Source: Abditibacterium sp. (GTDB lineage: Bacteria; Armatimonadota; Abditibacteriia; Abditibacteriales; Abditibacteriaceae). From it: a stretch of DNA of 64,000 bases. Below, piece by piece: positions 41,844 to 51,669 of the stretch (position 1 is the stretch's first letter; each line of letters begins with the position of its first letter). Position numbers and translations under genes: made by a program. Under the pieces are notes generated by a model. That model was not told the origin of the DNA, made no database searches, and saw nothing but the letters and a program-made list of their open reading frames with translations. The stretch lies in NCBI GenBank assembly GCA_965199495.1, contig CBDASK010000003.1:1728001-1792000 (forward strand), written 5' to 3'.

Positions 41844-42128
41844 TCAAATCTCTTCGGCTAATGGCTTTCTAACGTGAGGAATCATATCCTCTTCACAGGC
41901 GCCAAAATCCACAAAATTGGTTCTGGCTTCTGTAAGACTGAGGCCACCATTTGGACCAGCTCTGGCGACATCGGCATCGTCGTCGTCTTGGCCGTCGTCT
42001 TCCCAATAGCATACTGGGCAAATCTCATAGTGATTGCGCCCATGAAGAGTTTTAAATTTGCAGCATGGACATCGGTAAGAAATGATGTCTTCCCACGGTT
42101 CTTCGTCAATTATGCTTCGTGCGGTCAT
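41844..42128 (-). CDS. CPCC-family cysteine-rich protein
   Basis: CPCC..TL....YEICPVCYWEDDG...GPNG.LSLTEAR.NF...GAC. Confidence 0.85.
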   Translation of the reverse strand: MTARSIIDEEPWEDIISYRCPCCKFKTLHGRNHYEICPVCYWEDDGQDDDDADVARAGPNGGLSLTEARTNFVDFGACEEDMIPHVRKPLAEEI

Positions 42129-42141
42129 TGGAGTTACAAGT

Positions 42142-42651
42142 TTACTCGCGGAATCGGTCGCTTCGATAGAAGAACAGCGCGAACAGAAAATAAGTCGTGG
42201 CGTCGCTTTGGCGCACGCGATTCCAGGCGTCGAACGCTTCTTCGATTTCATCAATGAAGTTGAGCGTGTCGGTGCGATTGAAAGTGACTTGCAAATTATA
42301 ATCGGCAAGATGACGATTTTCTTGCGCTTCTGCAAAGCGTTGCGCAACGAGGCGCAAATCGGCATCGAGCGGCAACAACAAGCGCAGAGCGGGTGGCAAC
42401 GCGCCCGCACTAAAGGCGCGGCAGGCGCGGGCCATCGCGCCATGATCCAAAGTGCGCGCGGTGCGAGCTTGCAAATCGTTGCTATCACGCAGACCACGCA
42501 CCAGAGTCTTCGAGGCTTCATCGCTCAACAGATGGAATAGGGCGTAATAAGCGACCGAAACCGCGCGGCGCAGACTCGCCTGTTTGGGGCGCGTGCGCTC
42601 ACGCGTCGCCAGATGGCGCGCTTGTTCGAGATAATCGTTGGCGAGGCGCAT
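42142..42651 (-). CDS. HEPN-domain protein (putative RNase toxin)
   Basis: LRRAVSVAYYALFH...QENRHLADY (R-x4-Y HEPN variant). Confidence 0.8.
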   Translation of the reverse strand: MRLANDYLEQARHLATRERTRPKQASLRRAVSVAYYALFHLLSDEASKTLVRGLRDSNDLQARTARTLDHGAMARACRAFSAGALPPALRLLLPLDADLRLVAQRFAEAQENRHLADYNLQVTFNRTDTLNFIDEIEEAFDAWNRVRQSDATTYFLFALFFYRSDRFRE

Positions 42652-42655
42652 GATT

Positions 42656-42976
42656 TTAGCGCAACGGCTCGCCAGACTCGATCTCTTTTTGGTCGGATTC
42701 GGAACGATAGGTTTTAAGCGGCCAGTAATCGGGCAGAGCTTCGCGCAAGGCATCGCTAATCGCTAAATCCCATTGGCGCGAAAGTTCACGAAAACGCGGC
42801 GTGTCGCTGATGCCGTCTTGCAGCACGAAAGTGACGTGGACGAGCGGGTCGCCCTGCCAGCCAGTTCGTGGCTGCGATGTCCAGCGAATAATATCGTCGG
42901 GCAAATTCAAGGCAGTCAAAGTTTCGTCCACGCGGCGCCCGATTTCTTCGAGCGATAATAATTTGGTTTCGAGCAT
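42656..42976 (-). CDS. Small putative antitoxin (divergent MNT-like)
   Basis: 106 aa, 4 bp upstream of and co-oriented with the HEPN gene; no canonical GS..DxD motif visible. Confidence 0.5.
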   Translation of the reverse strand: MLETKLLSLEEIGRRVDETLTALNLPDDIIRWTSQPRTGWQGDPLVHVTFVLQDGISDTPRFRELSRQWDLAISDALREALPDYWPLKTYRSESDQKEIESGEPLR

Positions 42977-42998
42977 AACTTCAGTTTCCTCCAAAACG

Positions 42999-43034
42999 AA
43001 CAAAGGCGCTCGCGAATTCGCGAGCGCCTTTGTT
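42999..43034. terminator. Perfect 36-bp palindrome (rimO terminator and/or operator)
   Basis: AACAAAGGCGCTCGCGAATTCGCGAGCGCCTTTGTT. Confidence 0.65.
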
Positions 43035-43041
43035 GACAAAA

Positions 43042-44478
43042 TTAAGCCAACTTGCCGCTTAAATCGTATTCGTTGCAGCCGGTGATACGGACGCGAACGA
43101 ACGAGCCGGGCGGGTTTTCGCGGCGTTCGCGCGGCGACATTTTGACCCAGACGTTGCCATCCACTTCGGGCGCGTCGCGCTCGGCGCGGCCCATCGTGCC
43201 GCCGGGCTTTTCGGTTTCCAGCAAAACTTCCAAAGTCTGGCCGATGAAGCCGCGATTCTTTTGCAGCGAGACTTTCTGCTGCAATTTCTGCAACTCGTGA
43301 TAACGTTTTTCGATAACGTCTTGTGGCACTTTACAGTCGAGTCCAAACGACAGGGCGGAGTCTTCGTCGGAGAATTTGAAAACGCCGATGCGGTCGAACT
43401 TTTGCGCTTTAACGAACGCGCAGAGTTCGGCGAAATGTTCGTCGGTTTCGCCGGGAAAGCCGACGATGAACGATGTGCGAATGCCAATGCCGGGCGCTTG
43501 TTCGCGGAATTTATCCAGTAATTTCGCATACGATTCGGCATTGCCGCCGCGCCGCATCCGTTTCAACACGCCCTGCGCGGCGTGTTGAAGCGGAATATCC
43601 AAGTAGCGCGCGATGCGCGGCGCCGTGCATAAGGCTTCGATAAATTCGTCGTTGACCTGCGACGGATACGCATACAAAACGCGAATCCACTTCAGTTCTT
43701 CGACCTGCGACAAGGCTTGCAGCAAATCGCCCAGCGCCATTTTGCCGTAGCGGTCGAAGCCGTAGCGCGTCGAATCTTGCGCGACCAAGACGACTTCGCG
43801 CACGCCCGACGCGGCCAATTGGCGCGCCTCGGTCACGATGGATTCGATGGGCCGCGAACGAAACGGCCCGCGCAGTTGCGGAATAATACAAAACGAACAC
43901 GAATGATCGCAGCCCTCGGCGATTTTGATATAGGCGCTCCACGGCGGCGTGGCTCGCACGCGCGGGGTGGCGTGATCGTAAACGTAAGTATGCGCCGCCG
44001 TCGGCGTTACGTTAAGTTGAATCAAACCTCCATTGTCAATGCCGCTCGGCGCCACGAACGCGCCTTTGATTTTGGGTTTGAGCGCCGCATCAACGGCGCC
44101 GACGATGGCGCCGAAATCGGAGCTACCCAGAATCGCGTCAACGCCGGGCGCGCGGTCTTTGATGATTTGCGCGTCGCGTTGCGGCAAACAACCTGTCGCC
44201 ACAACCGCGCGGCATTTGCCCGACGTTTTGTGCGCGGCCATATCGTTGAGCGTTTGCAAACTCTCTTCGACCGCCGCGCCCAAAAAGCCGCAGGTATTGA
44301 CGATAATCGCGTCGGCATCAGCCACGTCGCCAGTGATGCGGTAGCCCGCGCCCTGCAATAAGCCGAGCATAACTTCGCTGTCAACCAAATTTTTCGAGCA
44401 ACCCAGCGAAACTAAGCCGACGGATTTTGCTTCTATATGTGCGCTCGCGGGGAGCGCTTCCAATTCTAATACGGACAT
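43042..44478 (-). CDS. rimO: Ribosomal protein S12 methylthiotransferase
   Basis: SLGCSKNLVDSE, NTCGF, KIAEGCDHSCSFCIIP (radical SAM), APEVDG, TRAM domain. Confidence 0.96.
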   Translation of the reverse strand: MSVLELEALPASAHIEAKSVGLVSLGCSKNLVDSEVMLGLLQGAGYRITGDVADADAIIVNTCGFLGAAVEESLQTLNDMAAHKTSGKCRAVVATGCLPQRDAQIIKDRAPGVDAILGSSDFGAIVGAVDAALKPKIKGAFVAPSGIDNGGLIQLNVTPTAAHTYVYDHATPRVRATPPWSAYIKIAEGCDHSCSFCIIPQLRGPFRSRPIESIVTEARQLAASGVREVVLVAQDSTRYGFDRYGKMALGDLLQALSQVEELKWIRVLYAYPSQVNDEFIEALCTAPRIARYLDIPLQHAAQGVLKRMRRGGNAESYAKLLDKFREQAPGIGIRTSFIVGFPGETDEHFAELCAFVKAQKFDRIGVFKFSDEDSALSFGLDCKVPQDVIEKRYHELQKLQQKVSLQKNRGFIGQTLEVLLETEKPGGTMGRAERDAPEVDGNVWVKMSPRERRENPPGSFVRVRITGCNEYDLSGKLA

Positions 44479-44643
44479 TTGAGACACAGTTTGACGCCTT
44501 GGGCGCGCAAGGTGTCCCAATGGCGTCTAATTTCAAAATTTTACTATGGCAATTCCGTTGCTACATAAAGTTTCGTGGCGGCGAGGTTAGCCCAGAAAGC
44601 GAAACCGAAGTGCCCGCCTCAAAATTTAGGAGAATAAATACCC

Positions 44644-44808
44644 ATGATGAAACAATTTTTGCAGGAAGAAGAGGGCCAGACCCTCGTTGAATACGGCTTG
44701 CTGATCTCTTTGATCGCCTTAGTCGTCATCGCTGTTTTGACGCTCTTGGGCGGCAAAATCAAAGGTGTCTTCGGCACCGCGTCCAACTCCATCGTTACCA
44801 CCACCTAA
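44644..44808 (+). CDS. flp: Flp family type IVc pilin 1 (54 aa; not in the ORF track)
   Basis: MMKQFLQEEEG/QTLVEYGLLISLIALVVIAVLTLLGGKIKGVFGTASNSIVTTT; AGGAG upstream. Confidence 0.92.
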   Translation: MMKQFLQEEEGQTLVEYGLLISLIALVVIAVLTLLGGKIKGVFGTASNSIVTTT

Positions 44809-44820
44809 TCGGATCGAACA

Positions 44821-44867
44821 AAAAGTAAGACCTTCGTTACGTATCGCGACGAAGGTCTTACTTTTTT
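44821..44867 (+). terminator. Intrinsic terminator after flp 1
   Basis: AAAAGTAAGACCTTCGT...ACGAAGGTCTTACTTTTTT. Confidence 0.8.
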
Positions 44868-45051
44868 GAATATTAAGCGTCTTTGGCAACTTTGATGAAT
44901 AGTATTACATTTGAGAGAAAGTGTAAGTTGGCGGCAACGACATCACAAAAAACGTCGAACTATGGAAACCTATTTCAATAGGATATATAGCGTCCGCACA
45001 CTGCATTGCGTCCAAGTTCTCTGAGGCGTAATGGCGGGAGGTGAACACATC

Positions 45052-45228
45052 ATGTTATATAAATTTTTAAAGGAAGAAGAGGGGCAAACGCTGGTGGAAT
45101 ATGGAATGTTGATCTCTCTGATTGCTCTGGTTGTCATTGCGGCGGTCACGGTCTTTGGCAGCAAAGTGGCCAACATGTGGGGCGGCAATGCCGAGAAATT
45201 CCCCGATCCGCCGCCCGAACTGCGTTGA
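45052..45228 (+). CDS. flp: Flp family type IVc pilin 2
   Basis: MLYKFLKEEEG/QTLVEYGMLISLIALVVIAAV; GGAGGTG RBS. Confidence 0.92.
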   Translation: MLYKFLKEEEGQTLVEYGMLISLIALVVIAAVTVFGSKVANMWGGNAEKFPDPPPELR

Positions 45229-45272
45229 GGTTGAGTTCGCTCGCCAAATTCTCAGATTTCGCGTGACATATT

Positions 45273-47417
45273 GTGATTGACTGGGCGTCCATGAATCTTC
45301 ACCGGGAACGCGCGCTCATCTGGTGGGGCGTCGCCGTGCCGTGCCTCGTTTTGATGCTCTGCCTGTTGTCGCCGACGGTAACGCGTGGCGGCGATTGCGG
45401 CGAACTCACCGCCGCGTCTTATACGCTGGGCATCGCGCATCCTTCGGGCTATCCGGTGTGGTGTCTGATTGGGCGCATTTTCGCGCTCATTCCCATCGGC
45501 GAAATCGGCTGGCGCTACAACCTGTTTTCTGCCGTTAGCGGTTCCCTCGCCACCGGCACCATCGCGCTGTGCGTTCATCGCTTGATAATAGCGAATTTCG
45601 CGCGCCAACCAGAACATAAATTACCAAACAATTCGACCGACGCCGTTGTCGCGCGTTGGTCGGCTTTGGGCGCGGGTTGGCTGTTGTCCGGCTTTTTCTA
45701 TGTCGGCACGCAGTTTCTCATCTCCGAGGTTTACGCCCTCGCCGCGCTGATGGGCGCGTTGTTGCTTTATTTCGCCATCGCCTGGCATCAAGACAACAAC
45801 TGGCGCGACGCTTATACCCTCGCGATTTTGGCCGGATTGGTTCCGGTTGTTCACTTATCGGGCGTCTTCTTCCTGCCGTTTTTGTTCGCTCTGGCCGTCT
45901 GGAAACGCGGACTGACCGCGCGCCACTACGCGCGCGTGGCTGCGTTCTTCATCTGCGCGCTGTTGCCAATTCTTTATTTGCCGATTCGCAGCGCGCAGTT
46001 CCCGGCGCCGCCGCCCACGACGATTGATAGTTCCTATTATTGGCCGCTCGATTGGTCGCATCCGGCGACGTTGGCGGGTCTAAAGCAGCACGTCACGGCG
46101 GCGCAATACCGGCGATTGCTGATGGAAAACACGACCGAAGTCGTGAACGGCCAAACCGTCGTCGTTAAGCATCTGGCGCAACCTCTCTCCGATATTCCGG
46201 GGCGCCTGCACGAATTAGGGATGTTCGTGGCACTTCAATATCTGTGGGCGACGCCGCTACTTTTCGTCGGTCTATGGCGTTCGTTCGCCGATAAACGCGT
46301 GGGCTGGGCGCTATCGCTCATTTTCCTTAGTAATCTGGCGACGCAAATTAATTATAAAGTTTCCGATCAATCGAATTTTTTCTTTCCGTGTTATTTGGTG
46401 ATGGCGCTGTGGATGGGTTTGGGATTGAGCGTGTTTTTGGGATGGATGTGGCGACGCGGCGGCATGGCGCGCGCCGCCGCGCCTTTGTTGGTTTTAGCGA
46501 CAGTCGGAGTGCAATGGGCGCTCTTTGCGCCGCCCGCTTCGCAACGAGGCGTGACACGCGTGCGCGACAGCGCCGTGCAGCAGGCGCGCGTCGCGCAAGC
46601 GGCTTCGCTAGACGGCAAACGTCCGGCGACGATTCTGTTTCATTCCGACGATGCGTTGTGGGCGTTCTGGTATGCCAAATTCGTCCTGAAACTGGCGCCC
46701 GATGTAGCCACGCCGTGGGGCCGCTTGGTTTTCCAACGCGCCCTCGATAACAATAACGCGCATCAATACGTCGAACAGTTGAAGCGGAGCGGCCCGGTTT
46801 TCGTCAACAGTTGGGACGCGGGCACCGATGCGCGTTTCCCTCTCCAAATGGTCACGCCATCGGGCGATTTGTTGCGCGCCACCGACCGCAAATTGCCCTT
46901 GCCCGCGCAACTCGCGCCCGCGACAAACGCGCCCAAAAGCACGCCCGGCCCACGCGGTTTGGAGCGCGCGCGCTTTCGGCGTATGGAATTGTGGAATAAC
47001 GGAGAAAGCGCCACAGCGCCCAATATTTCCATCGGTTCTCTGGCAGCGTTTGACGTGGATTTCCGCGTTCGGAATGACGAACTCAAAGCGAAGAACGAAG
47101 ATTACGTCGCCGGTCAAATCGAAGTTTTAATCGCGCCATTCGACACTTTTGCCAAGCGCGCCCCGGCGCCCGGCGAAAGCGCTCAGGCCGCGCAGGGTTT
47201 TAATGTCAATCGGATTTTGGTGACGCGCCAAAATCGCCGTTTGATATTGCCCGCCGCCGCCAAAGCGGGCGATCTTTATCGCATGAGCGTGCCCATCGAG
47301 CTAAACGCCGATAGCGTGGTGGGAAATTATCAGGTCTGGACGCGCATCCTCGCTCAGTCCAGCGATGCAGCCACGCCGTGGACATTGAGCGACGCAGTGT
47401 TTCTCACGCAACGATAA
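45273..47417 (+). CDS. DUF2723 (TMEM260-like GT-C) membrane glycosyltransferase
   Basis: PTV..GDCGEL.AA...LGIAHPSGYP...IGR.F, SEVYAL, YLPIRS...DW, multiple TM helices. Confidence 0.85.
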   Translation: MIDWASMNLHRERALIWWGVAVPCLVLMLCLLSPTVTRGGDCGELTAASYTLGIAHPSGYPVWCLIGRIFALIPIGEIGWRYNLFSAVSGSLATGTIALCVHRLIIANFARQPEHKLPNNSTDAVVARWSALGAGWLLSGFFYVGTQFLISEVYALAALMGALLLYFAIAWHQDNNWRDAYTLAILAGLVPVVHLSGVFFLPFLFALAVWKRGLTARHYARVAAFFICALLPILYLPIRSAQFPAPPPTTIDSSYYWPLDWSHPATLAGLKQHVTAAQYRRLLMENTTEVVNGQTVVVKHLAQPLSDIPGRLHELGMFVALQYLWATPLLFVGLWRSFADKRVGWALSLIFLSNLATQINYKVSDQSNFFFPCYLVMALWMGLGLSVFLGWMWRRGGMARAAAPLLVLATVGVQWALFAPPASQRGVTRVRDSAVQQARVAQAASLDGKRPATILFHSDDALWAFWYAKFVLKLAPDVATPWGRLVFQRALDNNNAHQYVEQLKRSGPVFVNSWDAGTDARFPLQMVTPSGDLLRATDRKLPLPAQLAPATNAPKSTPGPRGLERARFRRMELWNNGESATAPNISIGSLAAFDVDFRVRNDELKAKNEDYVAGQIEVLIAPFDTFAKRAPAPGESAQAAQGFNVNRILVTRQNRRLILPAAAKAGDLYRMSVPIELNADSVVGNYQVWTRILAQSSDAATPWTLSDAVFLTQR

Positions 47418-47440
47418 ATAGAGACATTTGGTGGGGCCAA

Positions 47441-48040
47441 TTAGCAATCGAACCAGTTTTGCCACTTCTCCTGCGTCCACATCGGCAATCCTACCTGCTC
47501 GCAGACGCGGATGGTATGCGCGGTGCCGCCGTTGTTGGGTTTGAGCGGATTGATCCAGAACAAACCCACGTTCGCCGGCGCGAAACCGGCGTTATCGTCG
47601 CCGGTAATTTTGAGCGTATCGCGCAACAGGTATTTGACTTTGGCCGCCGAAGCGTTGATGGAGCGCGCGCTAAAGAGACTCTGATAAATCGGCGAGGCGA
47701 GCAACGTCAGGCGGCTCAAATCGGCGTCGTCTTCGATGTCGTCGAGCGACAGGGCGCGCACGCCATCGGGGCGCTCGGACAAGCGATGGCGCGCGTAGGG
47801 CACCACAATTTCCAAGCGCGAGACATCGACATTGGCCACACCGCGCGCGAACGCCTGATCGCTGCCCGGAGCGTTGCCCGACCGGAAAATCGCGTCGGGA
47901 AAGCGCTCGGCCAATTGAGCCGCGAACTCTTCAACGCGCGGCGCGGCATCCGTTCCTAAAGCTCGCGTGCCCTCCAACAAAATAACGGGGCGCACCTGAG
48001 CTTCAACAGCAAGGGAAAATTCGGATGGAATCATAAACAC
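47441..48040 (-). CDS. SLOG/DprA-like Rossmann-fold protein
   Basis: LLEGTR, RSGNAPGSDQAFARG, LLRD, GGTAHTIRVC resemble SLOG nucleotide-binding motifs. Confidence 0.55.
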   Translation of the reverse strand: MFMIPSEFSLAVEAQVRPVILLEGTRALGTDAAPRVEEFAAQLAERFPDAIFRSGNAPGSDQAFARGVANVDVSRLEIVVPYARHRLSERPDGVRALSLDDIEDDADLSRLTLLASPIYQSLFSARSINASAAKVKYLLRDTLKITGDDNAGFAPANVGLFWINPLKPNNGGTAHTIRVCEQVGLPMWTQEKWQNWFDC

Positions 48041-48197
48041 GAATTGGCATTCGCCCGGCGCTTCAGCAAATTTTGAAACCTGACGCGTTGCTTTTTATAA
48101 GTATGGCTGTTGAATGCCCTGCAATTGCGTTTAATTTAAATAACAAATGTTTGTGTTACGTTGCAAAATCACACTTGCGCCCGAAATTTGACCCTTC

Positions 48198-48815
48198 TTA
48201 AATTATCTCATTTATTTTTTGAGCTAATTGTTTGACCGCGCGCGCCCGATGCGAAACGCCCGCTTTAATTTCGGGCGCGACTTCACCCATCGTGTGCCCA
48301 ACCCATTGCGCATCGGCGCCGGTGGCTAATGTGATCTCGAAGATCGGGTCATAGCCGAAACCGCCTTCGCCCTTAGTTTCCAAATGAATCGCGCCCTCGC
48401 ACACGCCTTCGGTTTCGAGCATGGCATTAAGATTACGCGGGTCGAACAAGCACAATGCGCACCGATAACGCGCGCCGCGATGTTCTTCGGGCACGCCTTC
48501 CAATTCTCGCAACAATGCTATCGTGCGGTCGGCATCGGAACCGGCGGCCCAGCGCGCCGAATGAATGCCGGGCGCGCCGTCCAAAGCGTCAACTTCCAGA
48601 CCGGAGTCGTCGGCCAGCACGCATTTGCCGAAATGTTGCGCGTAAAACTCGGCTTTGATGCGCGCGTTGGCTCGCATCGAATCGCCATCTTCTTCGGGCG
48701 CCTCAGTCGCCGGATATTGCGCGAGCGTTTCGAGGTGTAAATCGGGCAAATCGCGCAGCAGTTCGGCGATTTCTGCGGCTTTATGTTGGCTGGTCGTGGC
48801 GAGTAAAATTGTCAT
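48198..48815 (-). CDS. rdgB: Non-canonical purine NTP pyrophosphatase (Ham1)
   Basis: LATTSQHK, NARIKA, ADDSGLEVDALDGAPGIHSAR, GFGYDPIF, SHR. Confidence 0.95.
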   Translation of the reverse strand: MTILLATTSQHKAAEIAELLRDLPDLHLETLAQYPATEAPEEDGDSMRANARIKAEFYAQHFGKCVLADDSGLEVDALDGAPGIHSARWAAGSDADRTIALLRELEGVPEEHRGARYRCALCLFDPRNLNAMLETEGVCEGAIHLETKGEGGFGYDPIFEITLATGADAQWVGHTMGEVAPEIKAGVSHRARAVKQLAQKINEII

Positions 48816-48842
48816 CGCCCAGTAGTTTGCCCGTTTGTCCCA

Positions 48843-49108
48843 CCCGCCAAGGCACAATATCAAATCGCCGAGTTGTGGCGCCAGGAGTATCAGCCGCCGT
48901 AAGCAGCCACGCCGACCCCAATTGACCAAGAACCGTTTATCGAAATGTGGAGCGACCGCAAAAATTCATTCGACAGCTCACAAGCCATTCGCAATATGCG
49001 CAAATCCAAATGGGGCGAAAAGTCGTAACGCTGGTTGACACCGATATTTTGATTGACGCGGCGCGCGGCATCCAAGACGCCGTTGATTATAAAGCAGGAC
49101 ATCTCTAA
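48843..49108 (+). pseudogene. Decayed DUF2281 antitoxin plus VapC/PIN toxin fragment
   Basis: 48843-49028 reads PAKAQYQIAELWRQEYQPP*AATPTPIDQEPFIEMWSDRKNSFDSSQAIRNMRKSKWGEKS*. 49031-49108 reads LVDTDILIDAARGIQDAVDY...*, a PIN N-terminus. Confidence 0.75.
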
Positions 49109-49216
49109 TCCGAATACGTTGAGTAAGAATGAAAGGCATGGGCAAATGGCTCGCGTTCGGTTGGTATGGCGGCAAATATAGTCATCTTGATTGAATCTGC
49201 CGCTCTTGCCGCCGTC

Positions 49217-50236
49217 TCAGCATTTTTGTGATGTTTTCGGTGGCTCGGCTGGCGTATTAATCAATCGCTCCCAGTTGCCCGACGCGATTTTGATTTTGTC
49301 GTCGTCGCTCAAATTCGCGTTTTCCAGAAAGCGGCGCGGCGCGTCGTCGCCAGAGTAAACGTAGGGATAATCGGTCGAATAGAGAATCCGTTCGACGCCC
49401 AAAACTTCGATGGCCCACGCGAGATAACGCTCGCTCCAAATGCCGCTCGGCGTGACAGAAACGTTGGTGCGAAAATAATCGGCGACCGGACGCTCCAAGT
49501 TTTTGGCGGCCCGCGACATCCGATCAATGCGCTCCAAATAAAATAACACGACTTCGCCCCAATGCCCGGTGATGATTTGCAAATCGGGAAAACGGTCGAA
49601 AACACCCGACAAAACCAGCCGCAAAATCTGAATGCCGGTTTCGTAATGCCAACCGATGCCAGCCGTGGCGAACATCGGGTCTAACTCGCCAAAGCCGGAA
49701 TAATAAGCGTCGCGAACGCCTTCAACCGGACATTGCGGATGAACGTAAAGCGGCGCGCCCAAACGCGCGGCGGTCTGGTAAATCGGGAAATAGCGCGCGT
49801 CGTCCATGTTGATTTCGCGCGTGCGCCCGCACAGCATGGCGCCCTGCATTCCCAGTTCGCCAATCGCGCGTTCGAGTTCGCGCGCGGCTTCTTCGGGCGC
49901 GGGCGTCGGCAAAGTCGCAAACGCCTGAAAGCGGTCGGGATGCGCCCCGACCGCACGAGCAGCCACGTCGTTGGCCGCGCGCGCCAATTCGACGGCTTGC
50001 GACGCTTCCATATTCTGCGTGCCCGGCGTGGTTAATGATAAAACCTGCACGTCCACGCCGCTTTTGTCCATCGCCTGAATGCGCGTTTGGGCGAGGTCTT
50101 GCAACCGATTTTCGATTTCGTCTTTGCCGGGGCCAAACATTTTGTTGCTCACGTCCTGAAATTGCGGGGCGAGTTTGGCCCACGCATCGTTGATTTCGGG
50201 CGTGCTGTAATGCTCTTCAAGCGCGATAATTTTCAT
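49217..50236 (-). CDS. Amidohydrolase_2 family (aromatic acid decarboxylase-like)
   Basis: IALEEH, YVHP, GVFDRFPDLQIITGHWGE, ILYSTDYPY. Confidence 0.9.
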   Translation of the reverse strand: MKIIALEEHYSTPEINDAWAKLAPQFQDVSNKMFGPGKDEIENRLQDLAQTRIQAMDKSGVDVQVLSLTTPGTQNMEASQAVELARAANDVAARAVGAHPDRFQAFATLPTPAPEEAARELERAIGELGMQGAMLCGRTREINMDDARYFPIYQTAARLGAPLYVHPQCPVEGVRDAYYSGFGELDPMFATAGIGWHYETGIQILRLVLSGVFDRFPDLQIITGHWGEVVLFYLERIDRMSRAAKNLERPVADYFRTNVSVTPSGIWSERYLAWAIEVLGVERILYSTDYPYVYSGDDAPRRFLENANLSDDDKIKIASGNWERLINTPAEPPKTSQKC

Positions 50237-50347
50237 GGCGTCGCGCCTTGTTCTCAAATTCGAGACCGCACAAGACGACGCGCGCCCTGAAAATTCACAG
50301 GTATTGAAATCCCAACTTTGGATGGTCTCTTTTAAACTACTTTTAAG

Positions 50348-50551
50348 ATGAATTTAAGCAAAGTTTTCCGGCAGATTAAATTTCAAACTCTGGTCGGTTG
50401 GACGGCGGGTTACGTGGCGGGCATCGTCTTCAACGTGATTTTAAAGGGCAAATTCGACAATCGTTTCTGGCTTTCGCTGGGCGCCGTTCTCATCGTGCGC
50501 ATCGCGGTTGATGTGGCGTTCGCCGTCAAAGACGCGCGCGAGGCGCGTTGA
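50348..50551 (+). CDS. Small two-TM membrane protein
   Basis: 67-aa ORF with two hydrophobic helices. Confidence 0.55.
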   Translation: MNLSKVFRQIKFQTLVGWTAGYVAGIVFNVILKGKFDNRFWLSLGAVLIVRIAVDVAFAVKDAREAR

Positions 50552-50651
50552 AGCATCGGACAAATCGAGAATAGCGCGATTACGTTTACTCGTTCCAGCC
50601 AGCTCCAGCGCGCGTCCACCAACGCGGCGAACGAATCGAGATCGTGCGACA

Positions 50652-51560
50652 TCATTGCAAGCCTCCCAAAAACGCGCGTATCGCCTCGGCGATTGGCACG
50701 GCATGAGTTTCCAAAGCGAAGTGCCCGGTTTCCAAAAACTGCACCTGCGCATTGGGATTATCCCGCGAAAAACTTTCGGCTCCGGCGGGCAAAAAGAACG
50801 GATCGTTGCGCCCCCAAATCGCCAAAAGCGGCGGCTGATACTCGCGAAAATACGCATGGAACTGCGGGTAAAGCGCGACATTACTGCGGTAATCGAGGAA
50901 CAAATCGAGCTGCATTTCGGCGTTGTCCGCGCGCTCCAACAAAGCCTGATCGAGCGTGTAACTTTCGGGCGCGATTTGCGTTTCGTCGGGCGTGCCGTGC
51001 GTGTATTGCCAACGCGTTGTCTGCGGTTGCAAAAACGCGCGCAACGCCTGACGATTGGCGTCGCTCGGCTCCTCCCAATAGGCGCGAATCGGATTCCATC
51101 CCTCGCTAAGTCCTTCCTCGTAAGCGTTGCCGTTTTGCGAGATAATCGCGCGAACTCTTTGCGGATGCGCCATCGCCAACCGGAAACCAACCGGCGCACC
51201 GTAATCGAAAACATAAAGCGCGAACCTGTCGAGTTCCAGAGCGCGCACAAATGCCTCGGTCACGCGGGTCAACTCCTCGAAAGTCAGCGCCGGTTGGCCC
51301 GCGCGCTCGATTTCGGTAAAGCCAAAACCCGGCAAGTCGGGCGCGATGACGCGGAATTCGCTCGACAGAAGCGGCATCAAATGGCGGAACATATGCGACG
51401 AAGTCGGAAAGCCGTGCAACAACAGCAAAACCGGCGCATCCGAGGCGCCCGCCTCGCGGTAAAACACTTTGGCGCCCTCGACTTCGATGGTGCCAAAGCG
51501 CACGCGTTGCGAAGCAGGACTTGCCTGCTTCGAGTCAAAATTCTCTTTTGGTGTGTTCAT
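50652..51560 (-). CDS. Alpha/beta hydrolase (haloalkane dehalogenase/epoxide hydrolase-like)
   Basis: LLHGFPTSSHMFR, PDLPGFG, FDYGAP, WGRNDPFF, GHFALE. Confidence 0.92.
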   Translation of the reverse strand: MNTPKENFDSKQASPASQRVRFGTIEVEGAKVFYREAGASDAPVLLLLHGFPTSSHMFRHLMPLLSSEFRVIAPDLPGFGFTEIERAGQPALTFEELTRVTEAFVRALELDRFALYVFDYGAPVGFRLAMAHPQRVRAIISQNGNAYEEGLSEGWNPIRAYWEEPSDANRQALRAFLQPQTTRWQYTHGTPDETQIAPESYTLDQALLERADNAEMQLDLFLDYRSNVALYPQFHAYFREYQPPLLAIWGRNDPFFLPAGAESFSRDNPNAQVQFLETGHFALETHAVPIAEAIRAFLGGLQ

Positions 51561-51669
51561 GATTCTCTGGGTTCCTCGCGGCCTTTGTAACCGTCTAATC
51601 AGCCGTTAGATAGAATTATACGATTCGTCGTGTAACCTGTCAATATAAATTTTGGAGGTTACGTAGAAT

